A stretch of 64,000 nucleotides of DNA, taken from the IMG/VR virus record IMGVR_UViG_3300027828_000031, one strand, 5' to 3'. A model generated the notes under the pieces. The model was not told the origin of the DNA, ran no database searches, and saw nothing but the letters and a program-made list of their open reading frames with translations. Positions 8,521 through 17,055 of this stretch are shown piece after piece. The DNA is from an uncultured virus (IMG/VR IMGVR_UViG_3300027828_000031). Lineage: Duplodnaviria; Heunggongvirae; Uroviricota; Caudoviricetes. A program made the position numbers and the translations under genes. How positions within the stretch are numbered: position 1 is the stretch's first letter; each line of letters opens with the position of its first letter.

Positions 8521-9391
8521 CTTTATGTGCCTCCTTTGTCTCCTGTAATTCTTCTTCTATATCTTTAATCTTTTGTTGTAATTCTAGATTGAGTGTTTGT
8601 TGATCAGTAATTCCTATATCCTCACCTTTTCTTTTAAGATGTAAGTCAAAATCTATTTTACGATACCACTTCGGAAGAACCGCCTCCGGTACTTCTATAT
8701 TGTTGTCATCTAATAAATCAAGTAGTATGCCTATACAATTTTCTTCGATCGTTTCCTTTTTATTGGAAATACCACGCATAGCTTCACCTGTATATGTGAA
8801 TGACAGATTAGCATTAGTAGGTTTAATTAAATGTTTGGTCTGTTCTGATAGACTCATAGTAATCAAACAATGAGGACATTGTAATTGCATTACACATCCA
8901 TACTTGTTTGTATCCATAATAGTAAGTGGTGTCATTTTCTTCTGACAGTTTGGACATTGAATATACTGCAGATTAGGATTTGCTATGATTACAGGATTGA
9001 TTGCAAAATCCTCAATTGGGATCATCTTTTTCGATAGTCTATTTATATCTACTTTGACTTTAATGCTGGAGGTCTTAGCTTCGCTTGTTGGTCTGCATTT
9101 AGGACATAATGCACCCTGTACCTTACCAAATCTATGTGTTAAGAACTTTTCTCCACACTCTGAGCATTCTACTTCCTTAGATCCACTAGTTGGATTAACT
9201 GGTGCTTTGGATCTTTTCTTCTTCTCAGATGCTTTCTTTTCTGCCTCAGCCAATCTCTCCGGGTCGGCTGGTATATCATGAGATTTACAATGATCACATC
9301 GTACTTTTAGACCTGACATAAATAGACTGACTGTTACCTCCTTGCCACATGATAAACAGGGTTCTATTTTTGTTTTCCCTTTAGTACTCAT
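8504..9391 (-). CDS. Multi-zinc-ribbon protein (three CxxC..CxxC pairs)
   Basis: CLSC/CDHC, CSEC/CPKC, CPNC/CPHC. Confidence 0.75.
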   Translation of the reverse strand: MSTKGKTKIEPCLSCGKEVTVSLFMSGLKVRCDHCKSHDIPADPERLAEAEKKASEKKKRSKAPVNPTSGSKEVECSECGEKFLTHRFGKVQGALCPKCRPTSEAKTSSIKVKVDINRLSKKMIPIEDFAINPVIIANPNLQYIQCPNCQKKMTPLTIMDTNKYGCVMQLQCPHCLITMSLSEQTKHLIKPTNANLSFTYTGEAMRGISNKKETIEENCIGILLDLLDDNNIEVPEAVLPKWYRKIDFDLHLKRKGEDIGITDQQTLNLELQQKIKDIEEELQETKEAHKDATTF

Positions 9392-9599
9392 TATTTGCCG
9401 CCTCCTGTATTTTGATATATTTCGTTATAGCCGCATCACAAGACCAATTATATAAATTAATATATTCACCACTTAGACATTTTCTTCCAGACAATGGACA
9501 TTCTGAGCATTTAAGTAATTGAGTTATTGAATTATTAAAATTATTCGACTTTATGCTGTATTGTAACATTTTCTTTAGCTCGTCTACTGTCTTTTTCAT
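9381..9599 (-). CDS. Hypothetical Cys-rich protein
   Basis: CSECPL...C...C; RBS GGAGG. Confidence 0.55.
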   Translation of the reverse strand: MKKTVDELKKMLQYSIKSNNFNNSITQLLKCSECPLSGRKCLSGEYINLYNWSCDAAITKYIKIQEAANNEY

Positions 9600-10432
9600 T
9601 TGCCGCCTCCTATTATATTATCTATGAAAGTAAATTTCTTGTCTGCTGAAATTGTTTTTGATATTAAAGTATCATCTATTTGTTCAATATCATCTAGATA
9701 TTTTCTAAATCTTTTTCGTAATTTAGTTAAATTGAAATTTACATTTACTGCAGATGTATCCCATTCCTTTGCAATTTGCTTCAAGTAATTCTCTACATCT
9801 GGGTTAGTCGTATTTATATCTCTGCGGATCATTGCATCAAATAATCTCGTTACGTTTGTTCCCTCTTTAAGTAAATCCTCAAATCCTACAATCAATGCCT
9901 CAACTGTATCATCAAGAATCATTGTGTTGAGATCATCATATTCATCTACTAAGTTATCAAATGTGATTTCATTCTTGTCTGAAACCATATCTGTAGCTAC
10001 ATCTGTACTACCGCATTTCTTACATACATAATTATTATCTACTATGTTTAATCTTGATTTATTTCCACATGTTCTACATGTTTGCATTGTACCTTGATTA
10101 ATATGTTTCTTTACATATCTTTGCGTTTGCCATGTACCAGATTGCAAAATAAACAGGAATGGTTCTCCGACATCTAATTTTGCTTTGGTAAGTCCAATTG
10201 CACAGCCAATCATGAATTCTTGTCTGATATCATCGTCTTCTAATAGACAATTCTTACTAGTAAATCTACTAATTCTACGTCTCATATGGTGTTGCTTTAT
10301 TTCTTCTAATAGAATATCTGTTGCGATCGTGTTATCATTCTGCGCATTAAATATTAATACATTTAATAATTCACTATATTTTGCTTTATCTGTTGTTCTG
10401 AACTCATCCAATTGTTTTCTCGTATTTGTCAC
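9596..10432 (-). CDS. Sigma70-family-like factor with internal Zn ribbon
   Basis: Region-2-like DDIRQEFMIG...GEPF...W; CRTC..CKKC insert; C-terminal HTH LKQIAKEWDTSAVNV. Confidence 0.65.
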   Translation of the reverse strand: MTNTRKQLDEFRTTDKAKYSELLNVLIFNAQNDNTIATDILLEEIKQHHMRRRISRFTSKNCLLEDDDIRQEFMIGCAIGLTKAKLDVGEPFLFILQSGTWQTQRYVKKHINQGTMQTCRTCGNKSRLNIVDNNYVCKKCGSTDVATDMVSDKNEITFDNLVDEYDDLNTMILDDTVEALIVGFEDLLKEGTNVTRLFDAMIRRDINTTNPDVENYLKQIAKEWDTSAVNVNFNLTKLRKRFRKYLDDIEQIDDTLISKTISADKKFTFIDNIIGGGK

Positions 10433-10436
10433 TTAA

Positions 10437-10997
10437 TTATACCTCCAGTATCTTATTAAAGTTTGTCTTATTGAATTTTCTAACTCCACTGTCAGTTCGT
10501 ATTTCCTTTAAATTGGTCATCTGTGAGGATCTAATAAAAGCGACTAATGTAATTTGTCCTGTAATTCTTACTCGACATTCAGCAGATTTAATACTTCCGT
10601 TTTTCGCGGCTGATTGTACATCAACTATCTTATATTCAATTTTCAAGTCGTCTCTGTCTTTTATCAATTCTTCTACTAATGCCACTGTGTGTTCTTCAAA
10701 CACTTGCGATGTCTTCTTCTGTGTTGGTTTCTTTTTACCATCTGAACTACCATCAAATTCAAGCTCTAATCCATCATCTGATGTTACTAGTTTATCTATT
10801 AATGCTACTCTAGCTACAGACTTGCAGTACTCACAATATTGACTGCTAGTCAGTTCTGTTGTTAAACAATCTAGATTGCTAATACCTAATTCTTTATTAG
10901 TAATTGTTGTTACTCTCACTGCTGATCTATAGAATGATATGTAACATGTATTGTCTTCAACTCTTCCTGTTATCTTGTTTACTATAATAGAATCCAT
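10437..10997 (-). CDS. Hypothetical protein, SGQxxKP paralog family (divergent member)
   Basis: NGSIKSAECRV...ITLVAFIRSSQM. Confidence 0.65.
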   Translation of the reverse strand: MDSIIVNKITGRVEDNTCYISFYRSAVRVTTITNKELGISNLDCLTTELTSSQYCEYCKSVARVALIDKLVTSDDGLELEFDGSSDGKKKPTQKKTSQVFEEHTVALVEELIKDRDDLKIEYKIVDVQSAAKNGSIKSAECRVRITGQITLVAFIRSSQMTNLKEIRTDSGVRKFNKTNFNKILEV

Positions 10998-11071
10998 TGC
11001 ATCTCCAATCTCTTAATTCAACCTTATTGTAATATCTAAAAGTTTAACTTGTAAATCTACGGAAATCAATT

Positions 11072-11103
11072 TTTTGGGCACACACTAGGTGCACCCAAAT
11101 TTA
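11072..11103 (-). terminator. Stem-loop downstream of 11120-11926
   Basis: TTTGGGTGCAC-CTAGT-GTGTGCCCAAA on minus strand, with G-U pairs. Confidence 0.5.
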
Positions 11104-11119
11104 ATGGTTATTGACTTAC

Positions 11120-11926
11120 TTATTCTGTTACTGGTGCCTCAGCAGTTCCAACTTCTGGATCTGTAGCTTCAACAGCTTCATCTTCCTTAACAGGCTTAAC
11201 TTTTACAGGTTTCTTTGGAAGTACTTCAAGATGAGTCATTTCTTTAAGAAGTTCTGTAGCTGTGAATGCAATGTCTTCACGTAATTTTCTTGGTTTAGAC
11301 ATTTGACCCGATTTTAATGCCACTTCAATTACTAAATCTGCCATCTTGTCGCCAACACCTACTGAGAATTGAACCTTGGCTGTAGCCGCTTTGATATTAC
11401 CATTACCATAATTTTCGATAATATCAACAACAACCTGATCTTCTTCGCAAATTGAATAAACAATCTCTGAACCTTCTGGCAATAATTCTTTTGAAACGTA
11501 ACTAGCCGATTCTTTTTCAAATCTTTCATCAAATGAATGTAACTTTTGACGTAACATTGTAATAGCAGTACCTGCTACTAATGCAACTGAGTCGTATTTT
11601 GCAGGAAATTTATTTTCTTCCTTGCGGCGATCAGTTGGATCAAATACATAACCAAATTTAGCGATATTAATGATCATGAAACTTTTAAATGCTTCTTTGC
11701 GATCTGTCGCTGAGTATGATTTTGCTTCAATACCCTTTTCTTCGTCCTTCTTGATGTCTATTGGCATTGCGAATCCCAATTCTACAACCATTTCATCATC
11801 AGATTGAACCTCAAGTAATTTTGTGTTTGTACGGAATAAACTTGCAATAGCAACGCCATCGCCAATCATTCTAACTGTGACTTTGTTACAACGTGCTAAA
11901 TCTTTCATTGCGTCATTTGCGTTCAT
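11120..11926 (-). CDS. Hypothetical protein, SGQxxKP paralog family
   Basis: RBS AAGGAGG before ATG 11926; NGNIKAATAKV...VALKSGQMSKP; acidic tail. Confidence 0.8.
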   Translation of the reverse strand: MNANDAMKDLARCNKVTVRMIGDGVAIASLFRTNTKLLEVQSDDEMVVELGFAMPIDIKKDEEKGIEAKSYSATDRKEAFKSFMIINIAKFGYVFDPTDRRKEENKFPAKYDSVALVAGTAITMLRQKLHSFDERFEKESASYVSKELLPEGSEIVYSICEEDQVVVDIIENYGNGNIKAATAKVQFSVGVGDKMADLVIEVALKSGQMSKPRKLREDIAFTATELLKEMTHLEVLPKKPVKVKPVKEDEAVEATDPEVGTAEAPVTE

Positions 11927-11959
11927 GGTGATTCCTCCTTTTATTTTTAAGACCATTTG

Positions 11960-12620
11960 CCTTATCAGGACCCACTACCACACGACTAGTAATGAGTCCG
12001 GTAAAACAAATCGACGAGAAGAACTCCTGGATCTAAGAGTTCATCGAAATTCAAGAAATAGCGTTTCGGCAACCTGCCAGTAAGAGCGTTATTTCTTGAA
12101 TTTTATCAAATCTTAGAATATTGGGTTTGTGTGATCTGTCAGAAGAAAATATAGTCAGTCGGTACTAATTCAAAAGTACTCCAAACGAAGCTTGTTTGGC
12201 ACTTTAAAATATACCATAGGCTAAACCCTAAGCCGATATAAGTTAAATCTGTGCAAATATTAATCCGTGTAATTGTAGCGTTTAATGGTAATCCTAGTAT
12301 AGCTACGACTAATAACAGAACAAAAATCCGTTTAATGACATCACCTCCTAACTGCTCGTTTGTGTGTTAACATGTTTTTTATAATGAGGCTCCGTCCGTA
12401 GATAAATCCAGTATTATCAGGACTACCTCGATTATGTCTTTTAATAAATGCCGAAGCCAAAATTATGATTTCACAACCATTGTCGTTTTGTGTTTTCTGA
12501 GGCAACCAAGAAGCCACTAATTTAGGCTATACTTGTTATTGCCTTGATGCGGTCTTCCGCTTTGTCTACCGATCTTGGCGACCGTTCCATCATTAACTTA
12601 ACACTGATAAGTATCATGAC
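11960..12620 (-). ncRNA. Candidate structured RNA or long 5' leader
   Basis: No ATG ORF over 60 aa on minus; tandem hairpins at 11968-11999, 12021-12042, 12047-12103, ~12173-12206 and ~12381-12435. Confidence 0.4.
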
Positions 12621-12754
12621 CAATTAATATAGCAAGCGCATCTTTCTTCGTTTTCTGAGCGTCTATCATTGAACAGGGTCGAGAATGAAAGAGCGGTTGA
12701 ACTATTGAGCAACCAATTTAATGATCTGGTGTTCTGCCAGTTGGCTTTAAACAT

Positions 12755-12870
12755 AAGATCAAGGTCAAGGGAACCCACGCCAGATCAATTGCAACGACAA
12801 GTCGTTACAGATCTAGGCCACCTTCGGTGAAATAGGAAACAAGAGCCACAAGATCAAATCAAGATCTTGA
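12755..12870 (-). repeat. Hairpin/TTGAYCTT element, copy A
   Basis: TTTGATCTT...TT-loop palindrome AACGAC-TT-GTCGTT...GTTCCCTTGACCTT (12761-12774). Confidence 0.6.
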
Positions 12871-12972
12871 AAATAACATTCCTTACATTCTTCAAAACAA
12901 AGGCAAGAACTATCTATTAATTTAAACTATTTAATCTAGTCATTTTCTTCAATAATATGTCTTACCTAGAGG

Positions 12973-13179
12973 CTACTTCTTCCAAAGCTTGGTTGCTTCG
13001 GAACCCTTACGGCCTAGCATTCCAAATAGTATTGTTACTATTATAAGTACACTAATATCATGGAGTATCATTTTAAGAATCCCATAAGTTACCCAAAGTA
13101 CAGCACCAATAGCAATTCCTCCCAGAACTCGGGTGGCTGATACGTTGAATACCCCTATTCGTCTTTTCATATCTGTCAC
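12973..13179 (-). CDS. Small membrane protein (two TM)
   Basis: Two hydrophobic segments. Confidence 0.55.
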   Translation of the reverse strand: MTDMKRRIGVFNVSATRVLGGIAIGAVLWVTYGILKMILHDISVLIIVTILFGMLGRKGSEATKLWKK

Positions 13180-13200
13180 CCTCTCTTTTTGTTAATACGT

Positions 13201-13521
13201 CTACAGTAGCATCATTACTAGTAGGCTATTTAGGATAATAGCAAACACTATATAACCCAGTGAAGGTATACCTTCTTGGAATCTGTCGCCCTTTATAGCC
13301 GATCTCATTCCAAAAAGGATCACTCCCATGATTATCGCCGTTAATGTTGGCGCTAGGATTAAGACTCCCATAATCATTAAGTGTAATATCTGAGCTGGGT
13401 TATCGTGTTTCACTTTAATCCTCTGATCTTTGACAGTCGCCGCATCCTTGACACGGTCGACTTGGTGTACATTTACATCTTCGTTTTGTGTCGACTGGAT
13501 AGAGCGGTTTGGTAATTTCAT
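13201..13521 (-). CDS. Membrane protein
   Basis: Hydrophobic C-terminal half; RBS GGAGG. Confidence 0.6.
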   Translation of the reverse strand: MKLPNRSIQSTQNEDVNVHQVDRVKDAATVKDQRIKVKHDNPAQILHLMIMGVLILAPTLTAIIMGVILFGMRSAIKGDRFQEGIPSLGYIVFAIILNSLLVMMLL

Positions 13522-13540
13522 ACATTATATCCCTCCTTCC

Positions 13541-13795
13541 CTAGACCAAGGTCTTACCAGTCATTACCGCGTAACAATATTCACAAACGATATGCTCATG
13601 AGTATCCTTGTCAGGATCGGTGACTGTAATCTTGGCGAATGCTGGTTCCTGTTCCGAATGAGTTGCTTGCGACATCGCAATCAATTGATCATCCGTTTGT
13701 TCCTCCGAGTTCTCAAAACTCCTTGAGCTGTACGGGCCGCATGCCGCTAAGTGCATACTACATTTCAGTGTTGCATTTCTGGTTATTCCTAACAT
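13541..13795 (-). CDS. Hypothetical protein
   Basis: RBS GGAGG; Cys motifs. Confidence 0.55.
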   Translation of the reverse strand: MLGITRNATLKCSMHLAACGPYSSRSFENSEEQTDDQLIAMSQATHSEQEPAFAKITVTDPDKDTHEHIVCEYCYAVMTGKTLV

Positions 13796-13838
13796 TGGTT
13801 GTGTACCTCCACTTTAATATTTATAGAAATCGCTCCTC

Positions 13839-14063
13839 TTACAGACGATTGCTATTTGATTTAAGAAATTCTAGATTTGCTTTCGACTTCTTGTCTTTAA
13901 AAATATGAGCCGCACAAATAGGGCAAATATAGAATTTAATTTTTGTACCATCACGATACTCAACTGTTGATTTAATCCAATCTTTCGGTTCCGACATTGT
14001 AAATGTTTTATTACTGCATCTCAGACACTTCACCTGATTCATCTTTGTTGTCGCTGTCTTCAC
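13839..14063 (-). CDS. Small Zn-ribbon protein
   Basis: CLRC...CPIC. Confidence 0.55.
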   Translation of the reverse strand: MKTATTKMNQVKCLRCSNKTFTMSEPKDWIKSTVEYRDGTKIKFYICPICAAHIFKDKKSKANLEFLKSNSNRL

Positions 14064-14943
14064 CTTTTCTCAACTCCTGTTCGTCTTTTAAAATATTAGT
14101 TAGACCGCTGTATGTGAATGATTGTTTACCATTCATCATACTTGGTTTCTTAAATTGACCTGAGACTATTTGTGTCACAATTCTTAATTCAACTTCTGAG
14201 TTATCTACCCCAACTTCTGATAGAATTACCTTAACTGGACACTGAGCATATGCCCAATTACCACTCTTGTATTTTGGATTGACTGCACCACCATTACGTT
14301 CGGTTACTGGTAATACCTCGATCGGGATGATGTCACCCAGTATTAACTTAATCTGTTTCTTTTCTTCGACTCGTTCTATCCAGTCAATAATCTGCGTTTC
14401 AATGTAGTTAACAGATGCTTCCATTACATCCGAGTCTCCCGTGAATTTGCTTGGGATTGCAGATGCTTGTCGATTAATTGGATCGTAATTGATGTTATGA
14501 GTATTAGCAATACTACAAATATATTGTCTGAACTGCTCACGATCAAGGAGAGCTGTTGCTCCTTCTGGTTTTTCATAGCTGGTCTCACTTTCATGAATAC
14601 GCTTTATGAATTTATGTGTTCTATAGAAGTTGGCGAACCAACCCGATCGGTCTTTATTGATTGTTACACGGTTTGCTCTAACTAGCTTATTCTTCTTTGC
14701 TTCTGGTTTCGGTTCGTTGTCTATTACGACTGTCTCTGATGTGTCTGATGTCGCCTCCGGTGCTTCAAAGGTTAATTTGCCAATTTCAATATAACCTGCT
14801 TTGAGTAACTCTTGCTTACATTCTAAACGGAAATCCATCATATCATCAATTTCGTCCATCTTCTCAGTATATAATCCAAGATCTGTCATAATTGTTGTTA
14901 CTGCTGGCCTACGTTTTCTTTGAATATTAATTGTCATCATCAT
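14011..14943 (-). CDS. Hypothetical protein, SGQxxKP paralog family
   Basis: SGNWAYAQCPV...LRIVTQIVSGQFKKP. Confidence 0.8.
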   Translation of the reverse strand: MMMTINIQRKRRPAVTTIMTDLGLYTEKMDEIDDMMDFRLECKQELLKAGYIEIGKLTFEAPEATSDTSETVVIDNEPKPEAKKNKLVRANRVTINKDRSGWFANFYRTHKFIKRIHESETSYEKPEGATALLDREQFRQYICSIANTHNINYDPINRQASAIPSKFTGDSDVMEASVNYIETQIIDWIERVEEKKQIKLILGDIIPIEVLPVTERNGGAVNPKYKSGNWAYAQCPVKVILSEVGVDNSEVELRIVTQIVSGQFKKPSMMNGKQSFTYSGLTNILKDEQELRKGEDSDNKDESGEVSEMQ

Positions 14944-15169
14944 TATTCTCCTCTCGTTCCTGTCTACGTTCTTCTCGTAGTCGTGCTTTAGCTTCGGCTT
15001 TTAAATATCGTTTGTGTTGATATTCGAGTTCATTTCGCATGAAGATCAAGATTAGGGTGCCAGCGACTACAAGCACTGGACCCCATATTGACACTATCTT
15101 GACTGCGAACTTCCATAATAGATATACCATACTATTCTTCCTCTTCTGTAGCTGTACGCTCATTCTCAT
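14927..15169 (-). CDS. Small membrane protein
   Basis: TM segment then charged tail; start probably internal MVYLL. Confidence 0.55.
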   Translation of the reverse strand: MRMSVQLQKRKNSMVYLLWKFAVKIVSIWGPVLVVAGTLILIFMRNELEYQHKRYLKAEAKARLREERRQEREENNDDDN

Positions 15170-15512
15170 ATATCTTATCTAACCACTGATCTTCGACTCT
15201 ATTAGCTATCTCCTCAGCAATCTCTATTGCGGCTCTGAGAGTTTGTTGCTTACAATATGCCGCATCAGCTACTATACAATCATCGGTTCCACAAACTCCA
15301 GGACTATCATAAGATTCTTGGATGTATTGCTTTATATCGTCTATTCTTGCTTTCTCTCTTCGCAATTCTGCCATCTTGCGGCGGACTGCGTTTATATCGC
15401 CAGTTTCTTCTGCATTCATCATTCCTTTAATAAACCATGTGCCACCTGATACGTGTGAAATCACTTGGATCATCTGCATGTGTGTTCTACCTGAATAATC
15501 TTGTTTTTTCAT
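15132..15512 (-). CDS. Hypothetical early protein
   Basis: RBS AAGGAG; first gene after promoter cassette P1. Confidence 0.7.
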   Translation of the reverse strand: MKKQDYSGRTHMQMIQVISHVSGGTWFIKGMMNAEETGDINAVRRKMAELRREKARIDDIKQYIQESYDSPGVCGTDDCIVADAAYCKQQTLRAAIEIAEEIANRVEDQWLDKIYENERTATEEEE

Positions 15513-15615
15513 GTGTTGCTCCTTTCATCGTGTGTTCTTCATCGTCTTGGTGGACAGCCCACCAGCCAGTCGACCGCAAGGGAGTAGCGATCAACTCGAG
15601 CTAGGCTATCTCAGA

Positions 15616-15700
15616 CAGCGACCGCGCCGCTCTCTAAAACCATTATACCACATCGCGTGGCGTTTGTCAATACTCTAAACACTTTAGCCTGTGAAAGTGT
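15616..15700 (-). promoter_or_regulatory. Early promoter cassette P1 (sigmaA consensus)
   Basis: TTGACA (15665-15670), 17 bp, TATAAT (15642-15647) with extended -10 TG; upstream CACTTT-N8-AAAGTG repeat. Confidence 0.9.
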
Positions 15701-15764
15701 GGCTTATTTTTAAAGAAAGAACAACCAAGAAAGAAATTAGTGTATTAAATTGTTGGTTGTTCAT
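15684..15764 (-). CDS. 26-aa hydrophobic peptide (not in ORF track)
   Basis: GGAGG 7 nt before ATG; MNNQQFNTLISFLVVLSLKISHTFTG. Confidence 0.4.
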   Translation of the reverse strand: MNNQQFNTLISFLVVLSLKISHTFTG

Positions 15765-15819
15765 AATATGCCTCCATAAAAGAAAGGATGGGCGATCGGC
15801 GGTGACCGCCCTATTTATG

Positions 15820-16197
15820 CTAGATTTCTAGCTTGTCAAGCGTTATGAAAATTTCTGGTAGTGTTGCTCTTAGTGATCTGCGCCCACCTAATTTGATCAT
15901 AAGATGCTTGGTTGGCATTTGTTCAGACCTGAGGATGATCATTTTTACTGCCAGTGCAACTTCCGCTCCAATCAATAGGACTGCGATTGGTGCTGATTTG
16001 TTTGCGATGAAGTATCCATTGGTTGCTCTATAGAGCGCTCGTAAATGTGAATCGCCCATATTATCTCGCAGGTGATTCTCTGCTTCGGCTTGCATACCTA
16101 TTATCTGTGCTCTTAGGTTAGCCTTGTCGAGTCCAGCGAACTTGGCTGTGATTTCTTTGTATTCATTCTGGAGTTGTGCTCTCTTTTGCTCAGTCAC
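15820..16197 (-). CDS. Hypothetical early protein
   Basis: GTG start coupled to upstream stop; RBS GAGGAG. Confidence 0.65.
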   Translation of the reverse strand: MTEQKRAQLQNEYKEITAKFAGLDKANLRAQIIGMQAEAENHLRDNMGDSHLRALYRATNGYFIANKSAPIAVLLIGAEVALAVKMIILRSEQMPTKHLMIKLGGRRSLRATLPEIFITLDKLEI

Positions 16198-16628
16198 TAT
16201 AAGATCACTCCTCTACCTTGTGCATCATATATGTGTAGTGATACCTGCGTGATTCCTATTGCTCCTAGTGTGTTCTGCGATATGAATGGCAGTAGTCCTA
16301 GGTCCTCAATGATTACCAGCTTCTCTGATGGAGTGAAACTATCAGTATCTAGCATGTCACTACAGTAAATCGTCTTCCTGATTGGCCCAGTGATTACTCC
16401 ATTGGTTACCGCATCAATAAACATCTCTGCTTCATCCTTGGCTTCCTGTTCCCATTCTTTCTTGAGATCGTGGTTCATTACTGACCCAGCAATCTTATTC
16501 ATTAGTACTGCACAATCTGCCATGAAGAATTTTGTTAGTGGTTTCATTTCCTTTGGTCCTGATTTCTCAAGTACTAGTATTGCATGTTCTCGCGTGTGTT
16601 TGTTCATTTTAATTCTCCTTCTCGTCAT
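16197..16628 (-). CDS. Hypothetical early protein
   Basis: RBS AAGGAG before internal MNKH. Confidence 0.65.
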   Translation of the reverse strand: MTRRRIKMNKHTREHAILVLEKSGPKEMKPLTKFFMADCAVLMNKIAGSVMNHDLKKEWEQEAKDEAEMFIDAVTNGVITGPIRKTIYCSDMLDTDSFTPSEKLVIIEDLGLLPFISQNTLGAIGITQVSLHIYDAQGRGVIL

Positions 16629-16688
16629 TATTGTGGACTATCGTCCTTTCTAGACCTACCATTGGTAGACCCACAAAGGGCGGGCGGA

Positions 16689-16946
16689 TTATTCCGCCAA
16701 AGCCGCCATAAGTGATATCTTTGCTATCTGCATTTCCTGTCCTGTTTCTTCATTCGTGATGAATATTGTCACATCCATATCTTCTAAATCGACTGCTACT
16801 CTACCTACTACCTCTGCATCACTGCGGTCGTCTTCACCCAAGAATGTTGCTGTAACCCCACATTCGCCATGGCTCATTGATTGGTATGTCCATGTGCCGC
16901 CTACTGCATTCGTGAATATCTCTGTCATCTTCGCTGTGTTCATCAT
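16689..16946 (-). CDS. Hypothetical acidic early protein
   Basis: RBS GAGGAGG; first gene after P2. Confidence 0.7.
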   Translation of the reverse strand: MMNTAKMTEIFTNAVGGTWTYQSMSHGECGVTATFLGEDDRSDAEVVGRVAVDLEDMDVTIFITNEETGQEMQIAKISLMAALAE

Positions 16947-16965
16947 CGTGTAACCTCCTCGTCGT

Positions 16966-17053
16966 GGAGCGACACCGCGCCGCTCCTCTAATTAAATTAA
17001 ACCATACCGCGCCGCGTCTGTCAATAATTCCTTCACTTTAGCCTGCGAAAGTG
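16966..17053 (-). promoter_or_regulatory. Early promoter cassette P2
   Basis: TTGACA (17019-17024), 17 bp, TTTAAT (16996-17001); CACTTT..AAAGTG repeat at 17034-17053. Confidence 0.85.
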
Positions 17054-17055
17054 GA

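Noticed and set aside
12047..12103. Hammerhead ribozyme or known riboswitch
   Set aside because: GAAA follows a short stem but the CUGANGA core is missing; no riboswitch consensus recognised.
12139..12336. Arbitrium AimP peptide
   Set aside because: No adjacent AimR-like TPR regulator, and the C-terminus does not resemble known mature peptides.
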